Below are positions 20,886-30,382 of a DNA stretch of 64,000 nucleotides, piece by piece. Both the position numbers and the translations under genes were made by a program. Position 1 is the stretch's first letter; the number at the start of each line of letters is the position of its first letter. The notes below the pieces were generated by a model. The model was not told the origin of the DNA and did no database searches. It saw only the letters and a program-made list of their open reading frames with translations. The stretch is from Spirochaetia bacterium (GTDB lineage Bacteria > Spirochaetota > Spirochaetia > SP-2023): the NCBI GenBank assembly GCA_965225855.1, contig CBDDCK010000005.1, positions 1,248,001 to 1,312,000 on the forward strand, read 5' to 3'.

Positions 20886-21425
20886 CTAAGCCCTCTTATC
20901 TTTTTGCAAATAACTGACAGCTAAATTCTCTAAAGCCTCCAGGCGTTTCTCTAATTCGCCTACCTTACCATGTAAAACGCAATTTTCACGCACCAATCTA
21001 GTTTGCTCCAAAGATTCTAGCCTAGCTAACCGTTCTTGTAAAGTTTGGTTTTCTTGTTCTAATTTTTCTACCTCCGCTCTATCGGCTTTAGTTTCCACTG
21101 TTTGGGCGACTGTATCTAATCTTGCATCTGTTTCTTCCAAAAAGCGACAAAAAGACTCTCCTAAGCCAAAGCCTAAATCATCTATCTTTTTATCTACAGA
21201 TTCTGCCGACTGGCGCAGCATTTCACCTTCGCCAGTAATAAGCCAGTCCATACTTATCCCTTTTTCGGATATAAATATTTTTACACTGTCTGGAACGGAA
21301 TTTTCTCCATTTTCGTATCTTGATAATGTATTTTGTTTTATAGAAAGCACATCTGAAAGATTCTTTTGATTATAACCTAAGTATTTTCGGGCTTCAGCTA
21401 ATCGTTTACCTATATTTTTTTCCAT
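20886..21425 (-). CDS. Prophage repressor (XRE HTH plus coiled coil)
   Basis: IGKRL..AR, LSRYENG, MDWLITGEGEM; divergent from the ner-like gene. Confidence 0.85.
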   Translation of the reverse strand: MEKNIGKRLAEARKYLGYNQKNLSDVLSIKQNTLSRYENGENSVPDSVKIFISEKGISMDWLITGEGEMLRQSAESVDKKIDDLGFGLGESFCRFLEETDARLDTVAQTVETKADRAEVEKLEQENQTLQERLARLESLEQTRLVRENCVLHGKVGELEKRLEALENLAVSYLQKDKRA

Positions 21426-21441
21426 TTTTCGGATTCCTATG

Positions 21442-21470
21442 TTGACTTTTCTACTTAATAAGGATATATT
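21442..21470 (+). promoter_or_regulatory. Putative early promoter
   Basis: TTGACT-17 nt-TATATT in the repressor/ner intergenic region. Confidence 0.5.
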
Positions 21471-21532
21471 ATCCGAGAAAGGTAGAGAACACTACAACGA
21501 GAGTATAACAAAAAAGAAAAGGAGAAAAAGAC

Positions 21533-21844
21533 ATGGAGCCAGAATTGACCCGCCGCTTTATCCAGTCAGAGCTCGCTTATCGTAGTTTGAGTCAGTCCGA
21601 CTTGGCTCGATTAACCAATTTATCATATGCCCAGCTAAATAATGTTCTAACTGGAATTAGAGCGCATACGAAAAGAGGCAAAACTATTCGGCATCAAATA
21701 GCTGAATGCTTTGGATATCATTCATGGGAAGATTTAGAGAGTGCAGCCGCCAGTGCTGTACATAGATTAGATGACAATCCCAACATTCCAATAAATAAAG
21801 CAGGGAAAATCCCTGTAATTACTCAAAAGGAGATAACAGCATGA
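21533..21844 (+). CDS. Ner/Cro-like HTH regulator
   Basis: LSQSDLARLTNLSYAQLNNVL HTH; first early gene. Confidence 0.7.
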   Translation: MEPELTRRFIQSELAYRSLSQSDLARLTNLSYAQLNNVLTGIRAHTKRGKTIRHQIAECFGYHSWEDLESAAASAVHRLDDNPNIPINKAGKIPVITQKEITA

Positions 21845-22413
21845 GCAAGTTAAGTTTATTTAACTTTGGCCCGCACGAAGTGCGAGAGCTAGAAAAAGAC
21901 GGTGAACCTTGGTTTGTCGCAAAAGATATTTGCCAAGCCCTTGGTTTGGAAAATCACAGAAAGGCCTTAGCTGATCTGCCAGAAGACGAAAGGGAGTCAC
22001 TAATAGTTACTACCTTAGGTGGTAAACAAGAAATGATTATAGTTTCCGAGCCCGGCATGTATCGGCTTTTGTTTCGCAGCAACAAACCCAAAGCCGAGCC
22101 GTTTGTTCGTTGGGTAACCCACGAAGTTTTGCCCAGTATTCGCAAGCAAGGCTTTTACAAGCTGGAGCGGGAAGTAGCGGAACAAAAAGACAAAGCCCTA
22201 AATGCCTATGAATGGTATTTTGAAGCCCGCCAGGAATGCAAAGTTTTAGAAGAACGCTACCGCAAAAGCCATAGCAAACTAAGCGCATACGAAATAGCGC
22301 AAATTCAAAACATGGCGCTCCAAGACAAAAGCACCAGCCAAATAGCTATGGAAGTGGGCCGCAGCAACACCACAGTACGCAAATACAAAAAACAAATGGA
22401 GGTGGGGGTGTGA
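21841..22413 (+). CDS. BRO-N domain antirepressor-like protein with C-terminal HTH
   Basis: PWFVAKDIC, TLGGKQ, SEPGMY, WVTHEVLPSIRK. Confidence 0.9.
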   Translation: MSKLSLFNFGPHEVRELEKDGEPWFVAKDICQALGLENHRKALADLPEDERESLIVTTLGGKQEMIIVSEPGMYRLLFRSNKPKAEPFVRWVTHEVLPSIRKQGFYKLEREVAEQKDKALNAYEWYFEARQECKVLEERYRKSHSKLSAYEIAQIQNMALQDKSTSQIAMEVGRSNTTVRKYKKQMEVGV

Positions 22414-22664
22414 ACGAAGAAAAAGTAATAACCATTGAAGGAGAAGAAGGAGACACAATGTTGCGTGCTACGAAACTCGGAGAAGGTGAAAGAGCTTGTC
22501 TGGCTTTTGAGTTTTTAGGGTGGAATAAAAGTGATGCTTGTGTTTTTCAGGAAACCTATATCGTTCCTTGGGATTGTGTTACGAACTCTTGGATATTGGA
22601 AAAGTATTCTAATTGGTTATTAGATAGACAAAAATACTTACTTTCTTTTTTGGTGCAGATTTAA
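22410..22664 (+). CDS. Hypothetical phage protein
   Basis: Translationally coupled ORF. Confidence 0.5.
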   Translation: MNEEKVITIEGEEGDTMLRATKLGEGERACLAFEFLGWNKSDACVFQETYIVPWDCVTNSWILEKYSNWLLDRQKYLLSFLVQI

Positions 22665-22665
22665 A

Positions 22666-22713
22666 AGCGTGGCTAAACGGGGCAAGCCGAGGGTTCGATT
22701 CCCTCGCACGCTA
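22666..22713 (+). ncRNA. Minimal tRNA-like structure (acceptor-like stem plus T-arm only)
   Basis: AGCGTG/CACGCT stem and CGAGGG-TTCGATT-CCCTCG arm. Confidence 0.55.
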
Positions 22714-23391
22714 TAACTAGCCCGTATGGGTTTAGTAGTTTTAATCAAGGAGTTTGTTGTGAACGAACTAGAAGAACTAAACAAATTACTCACGGATAAT
22801 GGGTATACCATTGTTAAATTTGAGGATCGCCCTAGGGGCAGGTCTTCCTATATTCTTGGCGATGAAATGCCCACCAGGGAGTTTCATTTAACCCTGATTA
22901 AGCGGGATCAATAAAAGCTCGGATTTGTGGCAATATGCGCTCTGCATTGCTGATTGCTTCGGTAAGAATAAGAACGCCTTGGGTATTCTTGCCTTGAATT
23001 GCTTTCTTAAGATCGTCAGCTACTGCAATTTGCATTCCTAATTGCAGGGCATTTGCTCTAAATTCTTGTTCAGTCATAAAAGACCTCCGGTAATTGTTTT
23101 TGTGGGTAAGGCAAATACAGCGAGGCAAAGGCAAAGCGCCAAGACGCCCCGCGGCTGGACAGACAGCGATTTTACACCAAGGATTCCGACTAGGGGGATA
23201 AATGATAAATATTAGAATAATGATGAGTTACGCTTTTGTTTTTGTGTTTTTACTTTTTGCGCTCTATAAAATAGTGGTATTTTTGGGGCTCACTTCAGAA
23301 ACAACAGACAACAAAATTTCGTATATGTTTATGTATATAGGAATTGGGATATTCCTAGTCAATTATATTCTACTGGAACTAGAGGGATAAA

Positions 23392-23616
23392 ATGAACGAC
23401 TTAAAAACCATGATACGCATTCGTATCTTGCAAGGTCAAAATAACTATGAGATTGCGCAGGCTGTGGGCACGCCATTGTTGTTGGTCGATCGAATCCGCC
23501 ATGAAATAGACAGCGAAATTGAGGCCGAACAAGATTACTTGGCCGGCATCCAGCCTGCCCCGTTTACAGACGAGGAAATCCGCCGTGGTTCAGCCTGTGG
23601 CGAAGGTTGTAGTTAA
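23392..23616 (+). CDS. Small HTH-like phage protein
   Basis: NYEIAQAVG motif; coupled ORF. Confidence 0.5.
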   Translation: MNDLKTMIRIRILQGQNNYEIAQAVGTPLLLVDRIRHEIDSEIEAEQDYLAGIQPAPFTDEEIRRGSACGEGCS

Positions 23617-23618
23617 TC

Positions 23619-23846
23619 ATGGGAAAAGACTTATTACAAGGCGTTTATCGCTACCAATTGCCCGTGTCGTTGTACCGGCAAATACAGCAAAGAACTTGTT
23701 CTAAATACCGCCATCACGACAACACCAGTTTGATTGCTGAAAAGCAAATGTTGCTATTGCGCTTGATTGCCATAGAACTAGAGCAGGAACGCCGCACCCA
23801 AGAGTATCGGCACATACTTAGAAAGGCAGGGTTGCCATGCAAGTAA
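23619..23846 (+). CDS. Hypothetical phage protein
   Basis: Coupled ORF in the early operon. Confidence 0.5.
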   Translation: MGKDLLQGVYRYQLPVSLYRQIQQRTCSKYRHHDNTSLIAEKQMLLLRLIAIELEQERRTQEYRHILRKAGLPCK

Positions 23847-24109
23847 ACAGTGAATACCTAACCAAAAGCAAACAACAAGTTTTGCAGGTATTTTGGGCGG
23901 TACTCAATGGCGGTATTGCAGGGCGTAGCTTTGGTGATTTGGCCAAAGAATTAAATTTGAGCGAATCGGCTTTGTTGAAAGATTTACACAACTTGGCAGC
24001 CGTTCGCTATGTGGAGCGTAAAACGAATGCCCAGTTTTGGGGTGTAAGTACAGATTTTATAGAACAATTTGCCCAAGTGATCGAGAGCTTGGGCTTGAAG
24101 GTGAAATAA
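23837..24109 (+). CDS. Winged-HTH protein
   Basis: DLAKELNLSESALLKDLHNL...YVE. Confidence 0.7.
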   Translation: MQVNSEYLTKSKQQVLQVFWAVLNGGIAGRSFGDLAKELNLSESALLKDLHNLAAVRYVERKTNAQFWGVSTDFIEQFAQVIESLGLKVK

Positions 24110-24118
24110 GGTGAAACA

Positions 24119-25162
24119 ATGAAAACAAAGGAATTAAAAGAAGTCAATCCCGAAGCAACGGGGTTGGCAGCCAAAGCGCAAGCCGTGGCAGTGCAAAGCG
24201 ACCACGAGATGGCAATCGATCGGCAATTTGCCAAGGAAGGCGAGGTATTTGAGCTTTCGATTGTGGAAACCAAAGTGGTGCAGCTCCAGCAAATTGCAGG
24301 GCAAAGCATATTGGAAATGGGCAGGCTATTGACTTGGACAAAAGAGCGTGTTGGCCACGGCAATTTTATCAAGAGTTTAAAGCGTATGAATATTAGTCAA
24401 AGCACGGCAAAAGCGTATATTCAGGTTTATACGAAGTTACAGAAATCAAATCGACAGCCGGTTGTCGATTTGGGAATAACCAAAGCCCTAGAATTGGTGC
24501 GCAATTACGAAGAGGAAGAGCTGGAGGCTTTGGCAGATGGCCAAGAAGTGGACGGGCGCACGCTGGACGAGTTTGCCGGTATGAGTCGCACGGAATTAAA
24601 AACCGCTTTGCGTTCCAAAGAAGAAAAGTATAAGCAAAATTTAGAGGCGGTGAACAAGCAAGCGGACGCACTGCAGAAACGCAACAGCAAATTAGCCCAG
24701 CAGGTGGAAAACTACGAATCGGGCAGTGATCGGGGCTGGGAGTTTGCCGTTCAGTGGTTGGAGCGTATGAGCAAACAAGGTCAAGCGATCCACAGTGCAG
24801 CCAAAGAATTGGAAAGTTTAGCCGTGCAGTGGGCAGAGTTTATTGAGAACGGCGATCAGCGGGCTTTGGCAGGGCAGCCGTTTTTGTTGAGTAATTTGAG
24901 CTTTTATCAAAATTTAGTGGCCACTGCGATAGACCAATGCGATGGAGCGTTGCAGCAGGCCATGGCAGCCCATCACCCCGATTTGCAATTTCCAGCAGGG
25001 ACGCAATACCCCGCTCTGGGTTTTAGTAGGAATAACTTGCCCAAAAATATGAAATTTAATCCCGCCTCTGTGGAAGAAGCGGACAACCAAGAAATTGATT
25101 TTGAACAGGTTTTGAGTGAAGAAGGTTTTACTGAAGAAAAGCCTTTCTTGTTTGATTCGTAG
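24119..25162 (+). CDS. DUF3102-domain protein
   Basis: EMGRLL...KE...HGNF...A..Y motif; precedes the transposase. Confidence 0.7.
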   Translation: MKTKELKEVNPEATGLAAKAQAVAVQSDHEMAIDRQFAKEGEVFELSIVETKVVQLQQIAGQSILEMGRLLTWTKERVGHGNFIKSLKRMNISQSTAKAYIQVYTKLQKSNRQPVVDLGITKALELVRNYEEEELEALADGQEVDGRTLDEFAGMSRTELKTALRSKEEKYKQNLEAVNKQADALQKRNSKLAQQVENYESGSDRGWEFAVQWLERMSKQGQAIHSAAKELESLAVQWAEFIENGDQRALAGQPFLLSNLSFYQNLVATAIDQCDGALQQAMAAHHPDLQFPAGTQYPALGFSRNNLPKNMKFNPASVEEADNQEIDFEQVLSEEGFTEEKPFLFDS

Positions 25163-25164
25163 CA

Positions 25165-26925
25165 ATGAGCGTAGAAGATTTTGGTAAGCGTTGGCAAGCA
25201 GCCCGTGGCCAAGGCCAAGCGAAAGGGCTTGTTATCGCAGAAATGGTAAGCACTTATGGTTGGAGCAAGCAAACTTGCTACCGCAAATTGGCCGAAGCGG
25301 GTTTTCGTAGCAACAAGAAAAAGCGCAGTGATGCGGGGACTAGCAGCATGAAAGAAAACGATTTACTGATTTTGTCGGCTATGTTGCAGGAGGGTTTGCG
25401 CACAAATGGCAAAGCCCAGCTTTTAGTGCCAGAGGCCCGCTCGATTATGGCGATCAATGGTTTTACGATTCCCATTAGCAACCGCCAGTTGAATCGTTTA
25501 CTAAAGCAATTGAAGCTGGATATGCAGAGTTTAAAAACGCCTAAAATCCATAGCCATTTGCAAAGTTTGCACCCCAATCATGTTTGGCAAATAGACCCCA
25601 GTTTTTGCACGATCTACTATCTGAAGAATGGCCAGCAGGTGATTATCGAAGATAGCGAAGCCTACAAAAACAAGCACGACATTTACGAAAAGCTAAAGAA
25701 GAACCAAGCCAAAGTGTGGCGGTATGTAATGAGCGATCACTATAGCGGCTATACTTTTGTGCGCTATTACCAAACCCACGGCGAAAACCAGCAGGTGGCG
25801 TTTGATTTCTTTTTGCAAGCAGCGATGAAGAAAGAACGCAATCCGCTTTGTGGTGTGCCCAAAATCATTTTATGGGACAAGGGAAGTGCCAATACCTCAA
25901 AGGCGATGATTGCGGCTTTAACGGCCTTAGGGGTTAAGGTTTTGACGCATGCCGTGGGCAAAAGCAATGTCAAGGGCAGCGTAGAAAACGCCAATAACCG
26001 GGTTGAGTGTAGCTTTGAGACGCATTTGCGCTTTAATCCTTTGCATTCTGTAGAGGAGATCAATATCGCAGTAGAGGCGTATTTTATTGCCTACAATGCC
26101 AATTTGCTACCAGAGCGGGACAGTCGTTTAGAGCGCAAAGGCAAGCGTGTACGCACAGAGCTTTGGCTAGAGATCAAAGAAAGCGAATTGCGATTTTTGC
26201 CAGAGCTAACGATTTGTAGGCGGTTGTTAGTGAAACCAGCCGAGCAGCGCACTGTTAAAAATGATGGTTGCATAGATTTAAGGCATACTTTTTATAAGCA
26301 AGGCGGTAGCTATTTAGTTGCACCTTTGGGTTTGGTGCCGGGTGATAAAGTACAAGTACAGTGCTTGGCCTATGATGGTGCTGCTATTTTGGTGCATTAT
26401 CGGGACAAGCAAGGCAGGGCACAAACCAGCCGAATAGAGAAGCCTTTGGCGGTAAATAATGCTGGATTTATTGCGAGTGCAGCCGTGATAGGCAAACAAT
26501 ACAAAGTAGCAGATGATAGAAACGAACAGAACCGCAAAAAATTAGAGTCTTTAGCCCACCCAGAAGGTAAAAAGAAGAATGCCAAGCCGTTTGCCCATTT
26601 AAACGAAGGCCAAGGTTTACAAACCCACAACCAAATTATAGCCACAGTAAACCAGTACAACGAAAAACTATTGCATATGCCGTTGCGGGGCAATTCTATT
26701 GGTTTGGGGCAAACGCAAATATACCAAGTTTCATACAGCCTTATCGAAGCCCTAACTTGGCTGAAAAACAAGCTAGAGAGCAATAACTATCAATACAGCA
26801 AAGAGTATGTAGGACTGGTTAAAGGTCAAATGAAGGAGGGCAAAATCGAAGAAGCAGATTTAGAGGGGATATATCAAAAAATAACAAAGGAGGATACAGA
26901 TGTACTGTATTTCAAAGAGGCTTGA
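25165..26925 (+). CDS. Mu-like DDE transposase (A)
   Basis: RSD.G, PNHVWQID, WDKGS, KGSVE catalytic motifs. Confidence 0.9.
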   Translation: MSVEDFGKRWQAARGQGQAKGLVIAEMVSTYGWSKQTCYRKLAEAGFRSNKKKRSDAGTSSMKENDLLILSAMLQEGLRTNGKAQLLVPEARSIMAINGFTIPISNRQLNRLLKQLKLDMQSLKTPKIHSHLQSLHPNHVWQIDPSFCTIYYLKNGQQVIIEDSEAYKNKHDIYEKLKKNQAKVWRYVMSDHYSGYTFVRYYQTHGENQQVAFDFFLQAAMKKERNPLCGVPKIILWDKGSANTSKAMIAALTALGVKVLTHAVGKSNVKGSVENANNRVECSFETHLRFNPLHSVEEINIAVEAYFIAYNANLLPERDSRLERKGKRVRTELWLEIKESELRFLPELTICRRLLVKPAEQRTVKNDGCIDLRHTFYKQGGSYLVAPLGLVPGDKVQVQCLAYDGAAILVHYRDKQGRAQTSRIEKPLAVNNAGFIASAAVIGKQYKVADDRNEQNRKKLESLAHPEGKKKNAKPFAHLNEGQGLQTHNQIIATVNQYNEKLLHMPLRGNSIGLGQTQIYQVSYSLIEALTWLKNKLESNNYQYSKEYVGLVKGQMKEGKIEEADLEGIYQKITKEDTDVLYFKEA

Positions 26926-27706
26926 TTTTTTGCGTCTTGGTTTATGGACTTTAATGCTGATCAGTTTAATTGCCAGTATGCGCCATGTGGCTTGGCTGTA
27001 TTCCACACTGGAATTGGGCAGCGAAACAGCGGGCTGGATTTCGGCCTTTAGCTTTGATGCCAGCGTATTTTTGCTAACGCTAATCGGGGTGAAGTACAAA
27101 CAAGGAACAGCGCAAAGGCGTTTTATTCGGGTAGGAATTTATACCAATGCGGTAATTAGTATCTTGGCCAACATTATGCACGGCGTTGAGCACCAACAAG
27201 AGCTAGAACGGGTCAAAGGTTTTTTATGGCAAATTATTCCGTATGTGTTCAGTTTTGCCGTTCCGCTAATGGTGGTTTTCTTAGCTGAAGTTTTGAGCAG
27301 GCAGGAGAGCGAATTAGAAGCCGAAGTGCGCAAACAACAAAAGAAAGAGGCAAAAACTGGTCAAAATAGTGGACGAACAACTGGACGAGAATTGACCGAA
27401 ACCGAACGAGCAAGTGGCCGAGAATTGGCCAAAACTGGACGGCTAACAAAAACCGAACGAATGGAAAAGGTAGCCGAAGCAGTGGCCGAAGGTAAGCGGT
27501 CGAGAAATGAAATAGCCGAATATACAGGTGTTCCAAAGAGTTCGGTAGGTGATGTATTGAACGAATTATACCAGACAGGCCGTTTGGTCAAAAACGAATC
27601 TGGTCAGCCAGAATTGCCCAGTTCCGAGCAGTTTCGGTCAGACAGTTTAGATAGTTTGGTCAGTAATCCGTCCATCATCAACCAAACAGAGGAGTTAGGA
27701 GCATGA
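26900..27706 (+). CDS. Membrane protein (DUF2637-like) with C-terminal HTH
   Basis: About 4 TM helices, then EIAEYTGVPKSSV. Confidence 0.6.
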   Translation: MYCISKRLDFLRLGLWTLMLISLIASMRHVAWLYSTLELGSETAGWISAFSFDASVFLLTLIGVKYKQGTAQRRFIRVGIYTNAVISILANIMHGVEHQQELERVKGFLWQIIPYVFSFAVPLMVVFLAEVLSRQESELEAEVRKQQKKEAKTGQNSGRTTGRELTETERASGRELAKTGRLTKTERMEKVAEAVAEGKRSRNEIAEYTGVPKSSVGDVLNELYQTGRLVKNESGQPELPSSEQFRSDSLDSLVSNPSIINQTEELGA

Positions 27707-28542
27707 ACAATATATCGCAAGAGGCATTGCGTCAATTTGGTTTGGTAAGGCATCCTTTTTGGGGTGATTGTCAAAGCCACGAAAAAATTTACTACACGGT
27801 CGACCACCAGTGGGTCAAAGCAGCGTTAGACCAAGCGGTTCGCTTGCACGGTTGTTTGATTGCCGTAGTGGGTGAAGTTGGCAGTGGTAAAACCACTATC
27901 AAGAACGATTTTATCGAAAGACACGAAGGCGCAAGTATTATTCAGCCGTTTTTGTTGGATAAATCGGCTTTGCGGGTGCAGCATGTAGAAGAGGCCATAA
28001 TTTATGGTTTAGACCCAAGTGCGAAACTTTTTCGCAGTCGTGAAGCACGCAATCGCCAGCTTACCCAGTTACTACAAAGCAGCACCAAGGCCGGCAATAA
28101 GCATGTTTTAATCATCGAAGAAGCACAAGATTTGTCGGTAAATGTACTAAAGCTTTTGAAGCGGTTGGTAGAAATTCGCAGCGGCAATAAAGCGTGTATT
28201 TCGGTAGTGATGATTGGCCAGAGCGAATTGCTAGCGCGTTTAGATGTTAGCCGTAGCTATCATTTACGAGAGATTATCAATCGTACAACGGTTGCCGAAA
28301 TAGCACCGCTACAAGAGCCAAAGCAGATCGAACAATACCTAAAGCTCAAATTTGACAATTACAAGGGTATTTTTGGCATAGATGCAGCGCAAGCAATTTT
28401 AGATGTGCTTAGTGAGATAAAAAGTAGACAAAGATGTTCGGTAGCTTATCCGCTAGCGATAAACAATGTAGTAAGCAAAGCGTTAAATAGTGCAGCCGAG
28501 CTGGGTTTAGAAACCATCAATGCAGATCTAATCCACTCTTGA
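27703..28542 (+). CDS. AAA ATPase, MuB/ExeA-like transposition protein
   Basis: Walker A GEVGSGKT, Walker B LIIEEAQ, IGQ.EL. Confidence 0.9.
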   Translation: MNNISQEALRQFGLVRHPFWGDCQSHEKIYYTVDHQWVKAALDQAVRLHGCLIAVVGEVGSGKTTIKNDFIERHEGASIIQPFLLDKSALRVQHVEEAIIYGLDPSAKLFRSREARNRQLTQLLQSSTKAGNKHVLIIEEAQDLSVNVLKLLKRLVEIRSGNKACISVVMIGQSELLARLDVSRSYHLREIINRTTVAEIAPLQEPKQIEQYLKLKFDNYKGIFGIDAAQAILDVLSEIKSRQRCSVAYPLAINNVVSKALNSAAELGLETINADLIHS

Positions 28543-28725
28543 GTAAATACGATAAAAAAGCCACCAAAAAGCACTCTGGCAAAGGTTGCTTTGGTGGCCA
28601 ACCTAGAAAGGTACAAAGGAGAACGAATCAAAATGGATAATTCCGAACAATTACACAACCAACGGCAAGATTTTCGCAATCAACAGCTAAGCAAAAAACT
28701 AACAAACGACACAAAAGGAGAAAAA

Positions 28726-29370
28726 ATGAACAATCGAGTATTAGAGCTACCAGAAGCTCTAAGGGAAATTGACGGGGGTAAGTATATGCTAGACACCCAA
28801 GGCAATTTGTGCCCGCTAAAAAATATCAAAGAGGTAGATATTCTGCGTGATGACTTGGTAAGAGAGTTAACACAGAAAGCCATAGATATGCAACAGCAAC
28901 TGCATAACTTCAAAAAACAAGTATTGGATAATTTGCACAGCTTTGTTGATTTGAGCCTAGAGAAATACGGCACGAAGCTAGGAGGTAAAAAAGGCAATAT
29001 CAGTTTTTTGAGTTTTGATCACAACATCAAAATCATTTTGCATGTACAAGAGACCTTAGTCTTTGACGAGCGGTTGCAGGCAGCCAAAGCCTTGATTGAC
29101 GAATGCTTGTTCGATTGGATACAAAACGCAAATACCAACTTGCAAGTATTGATAAACGATGCCTTTAAGGTCAACAATCAAGGCAAAATCGACACCAAAA
29201 GAATATTGAGTTTGCGCAAATTAGAAATCCATGATCAGCGCTGGCAAAAGGCAATGGAGGCGATTGGCGAGAGCTTGTCGGTGCAGCACAGCAAAGAATA
29301 TGTGCGTTTTTATCTTCAAGACGGCAACGGGGAATATAAAGCCATTTCTTTGGATTTTGCAGCGTTGTAG
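28726..29370 (+). CDS. DUF3164 family protein
   Basis: RDDLV, GGKKGN, FDERLQAAKALIDEC, ISLDFA. Confidence 0.85.
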   Translation: MNNRVLELPEALREIDGGKYMLDTQGNLCPLKNIKEVDILRDDLVRELTQKAIDMQQQLHNFKKQVLDNLHSFVDLSLEKYGTKLGGKKGNISFLSFDHNIKIILHVQETLVFDERLQAAKALIDECLFDWIQNANTNLQVLINDAFKVNNQGKIDTKRILSLRKLEIHDQRWQKAMEAIGESLSVQHSKEYVRFYLQDGNGEYKAISLDFAAL

Positions 29371-29376
29371 GAGTAG

Positions 29377-29775
29377 ATGATGATTAGCACGAAACAAGCC
29401 CAAGCCTTGCGTTTGCAGTGCACCAAAGCTTTAGGAATGAGTGAAAGCGACTATAGAGGAATGTTGGGTGAGTACGGGGTTTCTTCGAGTAAGCAGTTAG
29501 AGACCACACAATACCACCAATTGATGAAAAATCTAAAAGGCAGACAAACCCCACAAAACCCGAAAGGGTATACAACAGCGGACAAGCAAATGAGTTTAAT
29601 TTATTACCTATGGGGCGAGCTCTACAAGATTGGTAGGGTAAAACACAAGACAAATTCCGCTTGTTTGCATTGGATGCGCAAATATCTAGTGCAGCCCGAT
29701 GGAATCATTGAGTTTACGCCATACCAAAAAAGCAGGTGTATTGAACGGCTCAAAAAATGGCTGGAGCGGGATTAA
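29377..29775 (+). CDS. GemA/gp16-like protein (DUF1018)
   Basis: LGM...YR.ML, SSKQL, IYYLW..L, IE.LKKW. Confidence 0.8.
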   Translation: MMISTKQAQALRLQCTKALGMSESDYRGMLGEYGVSSSKQLETTQYHQLMKNLKGRQTPQNPKGYTTADKQMSLIYYLWGELYKIGRVKHKTNSACLHWMRKYLVQPDGIIEFTPYQKSRCIERLKKWLERD

Positions 29776-29829
29776 TAAAAAACGCTTTTGTTTTGGAGAT
29801 CATCGAAAGCCCGGCGTTTGTCGGGCTTT

Positions 29830-30249
29830 TTATTGTAATGATTTACCTAGTTGTTCTTGTGGTAGCTTTTCTTTTAATATCGCAATGTATTGGTTGTGTT
29901 CTTGTTCTTCGATTAGGCCATAATCGTAAAGCTCTTCAATTTCTAGGTAAGTTTTCATTGCTTCCCTGCGGATACGGTAAACGTGAGATGAAGAGATATT
30001 GTATTTTCGTGCTAAATCAAAAACTTGTTTCTTATCGCAATAATTACCTTGTATGGGTAATTTATCAATAATATTTATGTTTCTTTGTAATTTATAAATT
30101 GGCGTTTGTTTAGGTATATAGGTATTACTACCACCTAGCATAGATATAAAAATATCACGTGCTTTCGTTTTTTCGCTTTCAGGTTCAGGAAACTTTTCCA
30201 AAGCGTTGTTAAAAGCCTCCATAATACAGACAGCAGAGCTAATTTTCAT
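29830..30249 (-). CDS. Mor/C-family transcription activator
   Basis: GG...YIP, LARKYNISSSHVYRI. Confidence 0.75.
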   Translation of the reverse strand: MKISSAVCIMEAFNNALEKFPEPESEKTKARDIFISMLGGSNTYIPKQTPIYKLQRNINIIDKLPIQGNYCDKKQVFDLARKYNISSSHVYRIRREAMKTYLEIEELYDYGLIEEQEHNQYIAILKEKLPQEQLGKSLQ

Positions 30250-30382
30250 ATCCTTAAATATTAAAATATATAAAGTATTTAATCTATAAGGGTTGCCGTT
30301 ATCGTTGGCATTTGTAAGAGATAAATGCCAGAGACATTTACCAGACTATAAATGCAACTGCCAAAGATTTTATGCTGTGTGC

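Noticed and set aside
22666..22713. Functional tRNA gene
   Set aside because: No D arm or anticodon arm
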